DNA of 64,000 nucleotides from positions 66,352 to 130,351 of the forward strand of contig CAZWIJ010000001.1 in NCBI GenBank assembly GCA_964633865.1, read 5' to 3'. This DNA is from an uncultured Candidatus Saccharibacteria bacterium (GTDB lineage Bacteria > Patescibacteriota > Minisyncoccia > SW-4-49-11). Under the pieces are notes generated by a model. It searched no databases, was not told the origin of the DNA, and was given only the letters and a program-made list of their open reading frames with translations. Below are positions 1-9,047 of this stretch, piece after piece (positions within the stretch are counted from its first letter, which is position 1; the number at the start of each line of letters is the position of its first letter). A program made the translations under genes and the position numbers.

Positions 1-2
1 TG

Positions 3-170
3 AGAGTATGTCATTTAGATGAGTTTTTTATTCAATCAGCAATAGGCTGGAGTTTGTCTAATTATTCTAAATTTCATCCTGATTTAGTTTTGGAATTTGT
101 GAATAATAATAATCTGGGTAAATTTGCTTCTAAAAGAGCTTTGGAATGGATTCGAAAAAAATCTAAATAA
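3..170 (+). CDS. C-terminal fragment of DNA alkylation repair (AlkD/AlkC-like HEAT-repeat glycosylase); 5' end lies outside the window
   Basis: Frame-3 translation ...HLDEFFIQSAIGWSLSNYSKFHPDLVLEFVNNNNLGKFASKRALEWIRKKSK* resembles the conserved C-terminus of PF08713-type proteins; stop at 168-170. Confidence 0.4.
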   Translation, partial: RVCHLDEFFIQSAIGWSLSNYSKFHPDLVLEFVNNNNLGKFASKRALEWIRKKSK

Positions 171-190
171 AAATCACTCTATTGCAAATT

Positions 191-220
191 CTATAAGTAA
201 GTTATATAATTTACTTATAG
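191..220. promoter_or_regulatory. Perfect 10-bp inverted repeat (CTATAAGTAA-N10-TTACTTATAG) between the AlkD-like gene end and the SPFH gene start; possible terminator or operator
   Basis: Read directly from the sequence; arms are exact reverse complements. Confidence 0.35.
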
Positions 221-240
221 CAATTAAATTTTAAAACTTT

Positions 241-1008
241 ATGGAAGGAATAATAGTTCTTATTATATTATTTGGAATAGGATTAGTTATATTAATTTTA
301 TCTGGACTTAAAATTGTAGACCAATATGAAAGGGGAGTAGTTCTTACCTTAGGACAATATTCTGGAATGAGAAATCCTGGACTTACAGTGATAATACCGT
401 TTATCCAAAGAATGATAAAAGTAGATATTCGTATCACAACCACAGATATCCCTCAACAAGAAGTAATTACCAAAGATAATGTGCCAGTTGGGATCAATGC
501 AGTAGTATACTTTCAAGTGGAATCAGCTGAAAATGCTATCTTGAATATTCAAAACTATACTCTAGCTATCTCACAATATGCACAAGCAGCACTTCGTGAT
601 GTAACAGGAGGAATAGAATTAGATGCTCTTTTATCTGAAAGAGAAAAAATTGCTGAAGAAATCCAAAAGATTGTATCTGAAGCTACAAAATCTTGGGGAA
701 TTCATGTTACAGACATCAAAATTCAAGATATAGAGTTACCAGCAGATATGAAAAGAGTAATGGCAAAACAAGCTGAATCAGAAAGAGAAAGAAGAGCTAT
801 AATAATTAGATCACAAGGAGAATTCCAAGCATCAGAAAGATTGGCAGAAGCAGCTAAAATTCTTAGTTCTGTCCCAGGTGGAATATCTATGAGAACATTA
901 CAAACAATAGAGAAAATTAATCCAGATCCATCAAAGACAGTAATATTTGCATTACCAGTAGAAGTAATGGAAGGAATTCAATCACTAAGCAAACATCTAG
1001 GTAAATAG
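241..1008 (+). CDS. SPFH/band-7 (stomatin/prohibitin-like) membrane protein
   Basis: N-terminal TM helix, then a typical SPFH core (VDQYERGVVLTLGQY..., IRITTTDIPQQEVITKDNVPV..., coiled-coil tail AKQAESERERRA). Confidence 0.8.
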   Translation: MEGIIVLIILFGIGLVILILSGLKIVDQYERGVVLTLGQYSGMRNPGLTVIIPFIQRMIKVDIRITTTDIPQQEVITKDNVPVGINAVVYFQVESAENAILNIQNYTLAISQYAQAALRDVTGGIELDALLSEREKIAEEIQKIVSEATKSWGIHVTDIKIQDIELPADMKRVMAKQAESERERRAIIIRSQGEFQASERLAEAAKILSSVPGGISMRTLQTIEKINPDPSKTVIFALPVEVMEGIQSLSKHLGK

Positions 1009-1063
1009 ATCTAAATTATCTATTAATCCAAATAAAGAGTTCTGTATATAATTACAGAATTTT

Positions 1064-2029
1064 TTATTTTATTTGTTTTAAAAATTGCTCTACTAGATTA
1101 TTCTCATTTTGATTAAAGTCATAGAAATCTTTCCAAACAGTAACAATATCTGCTCCATTAAATATAGAACTTTTGATTTCTTTTAGAGTATCACCTCCGG
1201 CAACAGCGATCAAAACATTATTATAAGCTCCCTTGATTTGCTTTATCTGATAATAAGGTAAAAGTTTAAATTTAGAAATATTAGTCTCATCAACTCCTCT
1301 ATGCAGAATTACAACTTTAGGTAATTTTTTTAGCTTTTTTAAAATTATCAAAGGATATTCTACACCCATCATATCTATCATAGAATCTATATTTAATTCC
1401 TCACATTTAGCAATAAAAGTATCTAGAGTCTCAATTGAAGAAATCCCAAGACAAGTTACCGCATTAGCACCAGCATCAAACATCATTTGAACCTCTTTTC
1501 CTGCCATATCAGAGCATTTGGAGTCAGCTATCACATATGAGCCTCTCGGTAAAGAATTTTTGATTCTAGTGATAGCTTTGGTACCATAGACTTTGATTAA
1601 AGGAGTTCCAACTTCTACCAAAACTCTTTCTTTTATATTAAGGTTTTTAGCTATTTTTTCAGATTCTTCCAATGTACTATTAAGAGCAATATGTAAAAAT
1701 TTCTTTTTTCTAGATAATTCAATCTTAGGAATCGTTTTTTGGTTAATTGAGTAAGCTTCAATTAGATTTGTATTATTCCCAAAAGCCAGATTAGATATAG
1801 AGTTAAGCTCAGTAGTATTTGTTAAAAGAGAGATAAAATCTTTGCCATCATTCTCATTTAAGTTTTTTAATTGTGAGAAGTTTTTAAATTTATTCTCAAG
1901 ATCTTTGTTATTGAATAAAGAACTAAAGACCATACCCAAAATAAAACTCAAAATGGGGTTTATAAAAAATACAATAAATATAATTAACCCAGCCACTCTC
2001 TGCAAAAGTTTTTTTTGTTTATCATCCAT
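1064..2029 (-). CDS. 3-hexulose-6-phosphate synthase-like protein (KGPDC/OMP-decarboxylase fold) with a ~105-aa N-terminal extension containing one TM helix
   Basis: Motifs VEVGTPLIK, ADSKCSDMAG, DMMGV, LHRGVDE and IAVAGG match HxlA-type HPS; N-terminal hydrophobic segment LIIFIVFFINPILSFILGMVF. Confidence 0.6.
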   Translation of the reverse strand: MDDKQKKLLQRVAGLIIFIVFFINPILSFILGMVFSSLFNNKDLENKFKNFSQLKNLNENDGKDFISLLTNTTELNSISNLAFGNNTNLIEAYSINQKTIPKIELSRKKKFLHIALNSTLEESEKIAKNLNIKERVLVEVGTPLIKVYGTKAITRIKNSLPRGSYVIADSKCSDMAGKEVQMMFDAGANAVTCLGISSIETLDTFIAKCEELNIDSMIDMMGVEYPLIILKKLKKLPKVVILHRGVDETNISKFKLLPYYQIKQIKGAYNNVLIAVAGGDTLKEIKSSIFNGADIVTVWKDFYDFNQNENNLVEQFLKQIK

Positions 2030-2030
2030 A

Positions 2031-2699
2031 TTATTTAGTAAATTTTAGATAGTTACTCACTATATCCTTAATATTTTCTGTATTCTCTGCTAATTCTTGC
2101 CATACAATAGTAATATCAGCATCATTAAAAAAAGATCGTCTCACTTCCCTTTGATTTTCTCCACCAGCAATTGCAATCATCAAATTATTATATGTACCTT
2201 TGAGCCTATGAATCTCTTTATAAGGTATTGGATTCTCTCTGTTCTTCCCCTCATCAACTCCTCTATGAAGAAGAAGAATTTTAGGTAATTTTTTAAATTT
2301 TTGGGTTATTTCAAAAGGGTAGGGGACATTCATCATATCAATAATAGAATCTATATTATTCTTTTCACATTCTTCTATGAATAAATCTATAGTCTCTATT
2401 GGTGCAAGTCCAAGACAAGTGATAGCATTAGTTCCAACTTTAGCGAATTCTTGAACTTCTCTTTCAGCTCTATCCATTGATTTCAAGTCGGCAACACAAT
2501 ATATATCTTGTCTATGTTGATTATAATAAGCATCTTTTAGAATTGTAATAGATTCTGTTCCATATTCTTTTACAAAAGTTGTACCAGCTTCCAGAATTAA
2601 ATTTTCTGATTTTGGTAAATTTCTTACCATTTTTCTCACAATATCTTTACTTCTATTGAAGGCTATTTGAAGATATTTAGTTCGTGGATTTAATGTCAT
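2031..2699 (-). CDS. 3-hexulose-6-phosphate synthase-like protein (KGPDC family), tandem paralog
   Basis: ADLKSMD, IDMMNV, LLLHRGVDEG and IAIAGGEN align with B. subtilis HxlA motifs (ADLKIMDAG, VDMINV, VHTGYD, IAGGI). Confidence 0.65.
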   Translation of the reverse strand: MTLNPRTKYLQIAFNRSKDIVRKMVRNLPKSENLILEAGTTFVKEYGTESITILKDAYYNQHRQDIYCVADLKSMDRAEREVQEFAKVGTNAITCLGLAPIETIDLFIEECEKNNIDSIIDMMNVPYPFEITQKFKKLPKILLLHRGVDEGKNRENPIPYKEIHRLKGTYNNLMIAIAGGENQREVRRSFFNDADITIVWQELAENTENIKDIVSNYLKFTK

Positions 2700-2803
2700 A
2701 GATTTAGATTGTTAACTATATTTATTATAGCTAATTTTAGAATATAATACAAATTAATGAATATATAATGTGTTTTAAGCTAGAGAAAAACTATATGTTC
2801 TTT

Positions 2804-2838
2804 TCTAAACAAAAAAACCGAGTAAATTAATACTCGGT
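2804..2838 (-). terminator. Rho-independent terminator downstream of the LRR-like gene
   Basis: Minus-strand reading ACCGAGTA-TTAATT-TACTCGGT followed by TTTTTTTGTTT. Confidence 0.6.
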
Positions 2839-2919
2839 GTATATTTTAAGTGAATTTTACTTTATTCTCACCAAATTTTTGAATGAACAAATCTTTGGTT
2901 TCTCTAGAAAGTTTCTCGT

Positions 2920-4248
2920 TTAGATAAATTTCCCCCCAACATGTTCAGGTAAATTCCCTTCGAGTGAAGTTAGAGATTCTAAATTTAAACCACTACCAAC
3001 ATATTTAGGAAAATTCCCCTCAAATGACTCAAGAGATCCTAAATATAAAGTATCACCAACATATTCAGGTAAATTACCCTTCAAAGAATTAAGAGACCTT
3101 AAATCTAACCAATCACCAATATATTTAGGAAAATCTCCCTCATATGATTTAAGATGTAGTAAATTTACAGAAGATCCAACATATTCAGGGAAGTTACCCT
3201 TAAATGACTCAAGAGATTCTAAATTTAAATATTCCCCAACATATTCGGGAAAATTTCCTTTAAATGACTCAAGAGAATTTAACCATAAATGTCTACCAAC
3301 ATATTTAGGGAAATACCCTTTATATGATTGAAGAGATTCTAAATCTAAATCTCCCCCAACATGTTCAGGGAAAGCCCCCTCAAATGACTCAAGAGATTCT
3401 AAATTTAAAGTCCCACCAACATATTTAGGAAAATCTCCTTTATATGACTTAAGACATATTAAATGTAAATTCCCACCAACATGTTTAGGAAAATCCCCTT
3501 TATATGATTTAAGTGATTTTAAATCTAAATATCCTCTAATGTACTTAGGAAACTTTCCTCTGAATGATTCAATATCTCTTACATCTAAATTACCCCAATG
3601 ATAAATAATACCTCCAGATAGAGCTTCATTTTCATTAAAGCTAATCTGGTTTGGGTTACATCCAAAAATGAAAACAAGATCTTTTCTTTTAGCATTCTTA
3701 TCTTTAGCATCTAAAATCTCTTGTATTCTAGGGTCTATATCATACCCAAATCCTCGAATCTTCCCATCAATCTCATACAGAAATCTCAGCTCATCTCTAC
3801 CAAGAGAAATCTTATTTTCCCATTTCTGATAAATTTGAGTAAGGAATTTCATATCTGAGGCTTGTTTTTGGTATTTATCCGCAATAGAACCAAATTCCTT
3901 AAATTTAGCTTCCAGTACAGGAAGAATATAAGGATCAAGGTTTTGCTTAGGAGCAATACCTCTTGGATTTTCAGCAATTTGGGAGTCCCAAATCATTCTA
4001 ATAGCCAAACGAGGAACAATAGAGTTTCCCATCGGATCATTAGAATAAAAGACATGAATATCTCCTCCATTCAAGAAATTTTGGGCCGTACTTAAATTCG
4101 CAATACACCATTCCAAAGTATATCCTTGGAGGGATTGCACCAAAGCTTTAGCATCAGATTCTTTGGGATATTTTATCCAAACACCCTGAATATTCTGGAG
4201 ACCTTCTTTAGAGTAAATTGGGAGCTCTTTCAAGAACTGAGCATACAA
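2920..4248 (-). CDS. Cytoplasmic protein with an unknown ~200-aa N-terminal domain and about 11 tandem 20-aa LRR-like repeats (consensus L-x-L-x-S-L-x-S-[FY]-x-G-x-F-P-x-[YH]-V-G-x-x)
   Basis: Repeats are visible in the translation and as a 60-bp DNA periodicity; no signal peptide or TM segment. Confidence 0.6.
   Translation of the reverse strand: MYAQFLKELPIYSKEGLQNIQGVWIKYPKESDAKALVQSLQGYTLEWCIANLSTAQNFLNGGDIHVFYSNDPMGNSIVPRLAIRMIWDSQIAENPRGIAPKQNLDPYILPVLEAKFKEFGSIADKYQKQASDMKFLTQIYQKWENKISLGRDELRFLYEIDGKIRGFGYDIDPRIQEILDAKDKNAKRKDLVFIFGCNPNQISFNENEALSGGIIYHWGNLDVRDIESFRGKFPKYIRGYLDLKSLKSYKGDFPKHVGGNLHLICLKSYKGDFPKYVGGTLNLESLESFEGAFPEHVGGDLDLESLQSYKGYFPKYVGRHLWLNSLESFKGNFPEYVGEYLNLESLESFKGNFPEYVGSSVNLLHLKSYEGDFPKYIGDWLDLRSLNSLKGNLPEYVGDTLYLGSLESFEGNFPKYVGSGLNLESLTSLEGNLPEHVGGKFI
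2936..3600. repeat. About eleven in-frame 60-bp tandem repeats (the coding repeats of the LRR-like protein)
   Basis: Units ending ...accaacat recur every 60 nt from ~2940 to ~3600 with ~70-85% identity. Confidence 0.8.
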
Positions 4249-4284
4249 TTTAGCAAAACTTTTATTTTTAACTAAATTAGAAAA

Positions 4285-4935
4285 CTAATCAAGAGATAAT
4301 TGGGAACTAAGATTTTCTAGCTTATTTCCTAAAAATCCTTCCAAGGAGCCAGAGCATAAAGCGACAGCTCTTGGATTACAGACAGGAAATGGTGATGTAG
4401 TACTTTTAGTTCTCGTTTTGAAAACACAAGAATCTATTGTACCATCTTCACTGATTTCCTTTTCTAATTGCCCCATTTTGATAATGGAGAACAGAATCCA
4501 AATCTTAGCCCAAACAGGATATTCAGCATCAGCACAAATTAGATAGTCTAACCAAGCCTGAAGGCTGTTACACTGATCTTCAATAATTTGAGAGTTTTTC
4601 TTTGTGATAAACTCTTTAGTTATTGGGATCTTGCCATGACCTTGCTCAAATAAAATATCTTGTTCCAACTTATAAGTTGAATAGGGTATATTCTCTGATT
4701 TGATAATATAATTCTTTATAAATTCTTTTTGGAAATCTTCTTTATTCCATACAGAAGGAATTTTTTCTAGAAATTGATTAATTCGGATAATAGGATCTGT
4801 GTGATTCCCTAATTGAATAACTAATTTTTCTTCTGCAATAAATTTATTCCAATCGTACAAGAATTTAGCGAAATTCATAATTTTTCCTTTGATAAAGTGC
4901 GAGGTTATTATATTATAGTTCAGTATTTTTGTCAA
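4285..4935 (-). CDS. Hypothetical protein immediately upstream of the LRR-like gene on the same strand
   Basis: 216-aa ORF with no recognisable motifs; 36-nt spacing to the downstream gene. Confidence 0.4.
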   Translation of the reverse strand: MTKILNYNIITSHFIKGKIMNFAKFLYDWNKFIAEEKLVIQLGNHTDPIIRINQFLEKIPSVWNKEDFQKEFIKNYIIKSENIPYSTYKLEQDILFEQGHGKIPITKEFITKKNSQIIEDQCNSLQAWLDYLICADAEYPVWAKIWILFSIIKMGQLEKEISEDGTIDSCVFKTRTKSTTSPFPVCNPRAVALCSGSLEGFLGNKLENLSSQLSLD

Positions 4936-5281
4936 GATTGAATGACATAAAGGAATGTGGAGGTTTAAGTTTTATTCTATTTAATCTATATTTAGATAAT
5001 TTTGGTATAAAATCATCTAAATATAGAGCTAAATAATGGTGATCTCAATTGAGTTTGTGGTAAATTTCTATATTCCATAATAGTATAAGTTTGAATTAAT
5101 AAATTATGTACTAAATTAAACTATTTTTATATGTTATTTTTAGTAAACTGTTAATTAAATAATAAATAATTATCTATTATTTAAATCTTGCTAAGTAAAT
5201 TCAATTTTAATCTATAAAATTTTTCTAAAATATGATAAAATATAAGCATAAATTAAGTATAAATAAGTTAATATTAAAATT

Positions 5282-6664
5282 TTGAAAAAAAATATACTAA
5301 TTGCATTAATATCTTTTATCATAGCCAGCTTAACAGTTATATTTGCTAGTGGATTTTTATTTAATAATAGTACAGCTAATGAGATTATAGAATCTATTCC
5401 TAATGTTTCTATCAATCAAACAGAACCTGAAAAAAAATCAAAGTCTGAAGAGAAAATATCTATTTTACTTCTAGGGATTGGAGGAGAAGAGCACGAAGGA
5501 GCTAACCTGACAGACACGATAATGGTGGCTGAGATAGATAATGTCAATCAGACTATTAATTTGATTTCTTTACCAAGAGATTTTTTAGTTTTTTATGATA
5601 ATGGATTTTATTCAAAAATAAATTCTTTATATAGTCAAGTTTTAACTGAGACTAAAGATGAAAAAATAGCTATAAGTGCATTGCAAGATAAAGTTTTTGA
5701 GATAACTGGTATAAAAACTGATCATTATGCAAAAGTTGATTTTAAAGCATTTACAGAAATAGTAGATACAATAGGAGGTGTTGATGTTAATGTTTTAGAG
5801 ACTATTGATGATAAAAATTATCCAGGACCTAATTTTAGTTATGAACCATTTTATATTGAGGCAGGTCCTCAAAAATTAGATGGTAAGACAGCTCTTAAAT
5901 ATGCAAGAAGTCGTTATTCTTCTAAAGGTGGTGATTTAGATAGAGCAAGAAGACAACAAGAAATTATTACTGAAATTAAAAATAAAATCTTAGATCTAAA
6001 CCCAATTATGGATATTTCTAAAGTTGTATCATTAATAAGCATTGCTCAACAAAATATAGACACTGATCTTTCATTCAATGCAATGAGGAATTTTTATGAT
6101 ACATATCAAGATATAGATAATTATAAGATACAATCTTTAGTTATAGGCTCTGATTTATTAACTGGGGTATTGAAAGAAGGTACTAGAGTATTTGGTTCAA
6201 ATCGTGGATTTATATTAGAACCTAGAATTGGAGAGAAAAATTATTTACAAATTCAAGAAGAAGTTCAAAATATTGCTAATATAGATTCTTTTAGAGAGAG
6301 CTTAAAAGAAATTAAGAAAGAGAATATTAGTATAGCTTTAATGTCTACATTATCTAGAGAAGATACCTTATTAATACAAGAATTATTAGATGGAAATGGA
6401 ATAAAAACTGAAATTATTAAAAATACATTTGATGAAATTACTTATAAAGAAAATAAATTATTAAAAGTTAATGTAGAAGAACCTCAAAACATTAACATTA
6501 ATGAATCTGAGACAGTTGACTTAAACTCCAAAAAAGATAATTTTTCAGAAAAATATTTATTAGACAAATTTGATACAGAATTAGATATTTGGATAGGTGA
6601 CAAAATTAATAAAGACTATGTCCTTTATATTACAAATGTAGATTTTATAAATAAATTAAAATAA
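5282..6664 (+). CDS. LytR-CpsA-Psr (LCP) family cell-envelope phosphotransferase
   Basis: N-terminal TM helix; LCP core LLLGIGGEEHEGANLTDTIMVAEID...ISLPRD...GGVDVNV...ALKYARSRY...RARRQQE. Confidence 0.75.
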   Translation: MKKNILIALISFIIASLTVIFASGFLFNNSTANEIIESIPNVSINQTEPEKKSKSEEKISILLLGIGGEEHEGANLTDTIMVAEIDNVNQTINLISLPRDFLVFYDNGFYSKINSLYSQVLTETKDEKIAISALQDKVFEITGIKTDHYAKVDFKAFTEIVDTIGGVDVNVLETIDDKNYPGPNFSYEPFYIEAGPQKLDGKTALKYARSRYSSKGGDLDRARRQQEIITEIKNKILDLNPIMDISKVVSLISIAQQNIDTDLSFNAMRNFYDTYQDIDNYKIQSLVIGSDLLTGVLKEGTRVFGSNRGFILEPRIGEKNYLQIQEEVQNIANIDSFRESLKEIKKENISIALMSTLSREDTLLIQELLDGNGIKTEIIKNTFDEITYKENKLLKVNVEEPQNININESETVDLNSKKDNFSEKYLLDKFDTELDIWIGDKINKDYVLYITNVDFINKLK

Positions 6665-6671
6665 TAAAAAA

Positions 6672-7172
6672 ATGAAATTAATTGTAGGTTTAGGTAATAT
6701 AGGAAAAGAATATGAAAACACATATCACAACATAGGATTTCAATTTTTAGATTATTTATGTAGAAAAGAAAACTTTTCAGAGAATAAAAAATTAATGAGT
6801 TTAGTATATAAAGAAGATAGTAAAATTTTTATAAAACCTACGACATATATGAATCTTTCAGGTCATGCTATAAGATTATGTATGGATTACTGGAAAATAT
6901 CTTTAGAAAATATACTTATTATTCAAGATGATACAGATATAACTTTAGGTGAATTTAAATTTCAAAAAAATAGAGGTAGTGGGGGACATAAAGGAATAAT
7001 ATCTATATCTCAACACATAAAAACTAATGATTTTTCCAGAGTTAGAATAGGTGCCAGATCACCAGATTATGAAAATACAAAATCAAGTGACTTTGTATTA
7101 AAGAGAATATCAGATGAAAATCAAGAAATTTTAGAAAATGTATATAAAGAAATTATAAATATAATTAAATAA
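6672..7172 (+). CDS. pth: Peptidyl-tRNA hydrolase
   Basis: MKLIVGLGNIGKEYENTYHNIGF..., NLSGHAI, GGHKGI and RVRIGA motifs. Confidence 0.85.
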   Translation: MKLIVGLGNIGKEYENTYHNIGFQFLDYLCRKENFSENKKLMSLVYKEDSKIFIKPTTYMNLSGHAIRLCMDYWKISLENILIIQDDTDITLGEFKFQKNRGSGGHKGIISISQHIKTNDFSRVRIGARSPDYENTKSSDFVLKRISDENQEILENVYKEIINIIK

Positions 7173-7178
7173 ATTATC

Positions 7179-7775
7179 ATGAAAAGTACAAAAACTCTTA
7201 TAAAATTATTTCTAGCAGGAATCGTATCAGTATTTAGTATCTATGGTATTTTAATAAAAGTTAATCCTGATCCTTTTAATTTAACTTTTGAAAATTTTCA
7301 AGCTAATCTAAGTAGTTTAAATGATAATTCTTTTAGGGAAGGTCCTTTATATGATGTACTAGAAATTATAGATGGGGATACTATAAAAGTATCTGAGTTA
7401 GGAACATTAAGATTAATTGGTATTGACACACCAGAGACAAAAGATCCTAGAAAAGAGATTCAATGTTTTGGGATTGAAGCAAATAATAAAACTACAGAAT
7501 TATTAGCTGGTAAAAAAGTATATCTTCAGTTTGATGGAGAAAATTCTACAAAGGATAAATATAATAGAACTTTGGCATATGTATATACAGAAGAAGGATT
7601 AGATTTTAATGCAGAAATGATAAAGCAAGGATTTGCCTATGCTTATAAAAGTTTTAAACATCCTAGATTAGAAGAATTTACAGAATTAGAAAATACTGCC
7701 AGAGAGTCTTTATCAGGATTGTGGAGCTCTAATACATGTGATGGAGAAATTAACATAGAAGAAGAACAAATTTAG
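7179..7775 (+). CDS. Secreted/membrane-anchored thermonuclease (staphylococcal nuclease, SNase-like)
   Basis: N-terminal TM/signal segment; SNase motifs DGDTIKV, RLIGIDTPE, NRTLAYVY and GLW. Confidence 0.7.
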   Translation: MKSTKTLIKLFLAGIVSVFSIYGILIKVNPDPFNLTFENFQANLSSLNDNSFREGPLYDVLEIIDGDTIKVSELGTLRLIGIDTPETKDPRKEIQCFGIEANNKTTELLAGKKVYLQFDGENSTKDKYNRTLAYVYTEEGLDFNAEMIKQGFAYAYKSFKHPRLEEFTELENTARESLSGLWSSNTCDGEINIEEEQI

Positions 7776-7777
7776 AT

Positions 7778-8818
7778 TTATTTTTTCAAAGGATGATATT
7801 TTGTGTGAGTATCTAGTGCAAATTTATCTGATGCATGAACATACTTGGTTGTAGTTTCTAAAGATTCATGACCTAAAAGTACTTTTAATGCAGATGGATT
7901 AGCTCCAGATTCTGCTAAATATGTGGCAAAACCATGTCTTAGTGTATGTGCTGATACTTTGCCTGTTAAGCCTATAAGAGATCTGTAAGACTTGATTTTA
8001 GCTTGTAAATAATTACTAGAAATATGTAAGTTTAGTAGGGAAGTATCGATTAAATTATCCTTGATTTCTAAACTTTTCTTTGTTATAAAAACATATTGAA
8101 ATTTGTTAATAAATATATCTTTCTTTGAGCTTTCTGGTAATTTTTCTTGGATAAATTTATATCTTAGATCCAAATATTCAGTTAAAATTTGAATTGATCT
8201 TGGAGTCAAATAAACAAATCTTTCTTTATTCCCTTTACCTTTGATTAATAATTTAGATCTATCCCCCTCTAATTGATCCATTTTTAAACTAATTACTTCT
8301 GATATTCTCATTCCTGAAGCGAATATTAATTCTAAAATAGTTTTGTTCCTGTAGCCTATAAATAAGTTTTTTTCGTATAATAAAGGAGATTCTATTAACT
8401 CAATTAGTTTTTGGATTTCAGGTAAATGCAAAACTTGTTTTCCTAATTTCATTAATTTAATTTGTTGTGGTAGAATTGGTACTTCATAATCATTATCTAT
8501 AAGATATGTCAAATAACTTCTGAGACTGGTTAGCATTCTATTAATTGATTTGGGAGTCAATGGTTTAGATTTATTTAAATTAACTAGAGTACTCCTATCA
8601 TTAGCTAATAGATCAGCTTTATAAATTGTGATAGTTTGTTTATTAATTTTTTGAAAAGAAATTTGATTTACGGTTAAAAATTCTTCAAAAATCATTAAAT
8701 CTCGCTCATAATTTTTAATAGTTACTAAAGAGTAGTTATTTGTAGTCAAGAAAAGTAAAAAGTCTTCTAAAAAAGGCAGTTTTGAGCTTTTTAGCTTGTT
8801 TAAAACATTTTTAGACAT
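7778..8818 (-). CDS. Tyrosine site-specific recombinase (Xer/integrase family)
   Basis: C-terminal catalytic motifs RISEV..., HTLRHGFAT and LLGHESLETTTKYVH; N-terminal SAM-like domain; 346 aa. Confidence 0.8.
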   Translation of the reverse strand: MSKNVLNKLKSSKLPFLEDFLLFLTTNNYSLVTIKNYERDLMIFEEFLTVNQISFQKINKQTITIYKADLLANDRSTLVNLNKSKPLTPKSINRMLTSLRSYLTYLIDNDYEVPILPQQIKLMKLGKQVLHLPEIQKLIELIESPLLYEKNLFIGYRNKTILELIFASGMRISEVISLKMDQLEGDRSKLLIKGKGNKERFVYLTPRSIQILTEYLDLRYKFIQEKLPESSKKDIFINKFQYVFITKKSLEIKDNLIDTSLLNLHISSNYLQAKIKSYRSLIGLTGKVSAHTLRHGFATYLAESGANPSALKVLLGHESLETTTKYVHASDKFALDTHTKYHPLKK

Positions 8819-8924
8819 TATATTATTAAATTTAAGGTTATTTGTAATATTTTGAATAAGAATTACTTAATATAGTAATTAAAAGCTTATGAAAATATTA
8901 TATCATGTTTTAAATCATTAAACA

Positions 8925-8948
8925 AGAGTATAATAATCATTATACTCT
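8925..8948. promoter_or_regulatory. Perfect palindrome AGAGTATAAT-aatc-ATTATACTCT in the divergent xer/miaA intergenic region; candidate dif-like or operator site
   Basis: 10-bp arms are exact reverse complements; inner ATAA-N6-TTAT resembles Xer core sites. Confidence 0.35.
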
Positions 8949-9047
8949 GTTAAATTATAACCTGTGGTTTTGTATAAAATTAATTTTTATGATATTATTT
9001 TGATACTTCTCTTCCCTATTTATAATTTATAATCCTCCAAAAGTAAT

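Noticed and set aside
2936-3600. The regular 60-bp repeat array could be mistaken for a CRISPR array
   Set aside because: The repeats are in-frame coding repeats of one ORF with no unique spacers and only 70-85% unit identity; no cas genes are present.
7179-8818. Integrated mobile element or prophage, suggested by a tyrosine recombinase next to a nuclease
   Set aside because: There are no phage structural, replication or transposase genes, no flanking direct repeats and no adjacent tRNA; it is more consistent with a chromosomal Xer recombinase.
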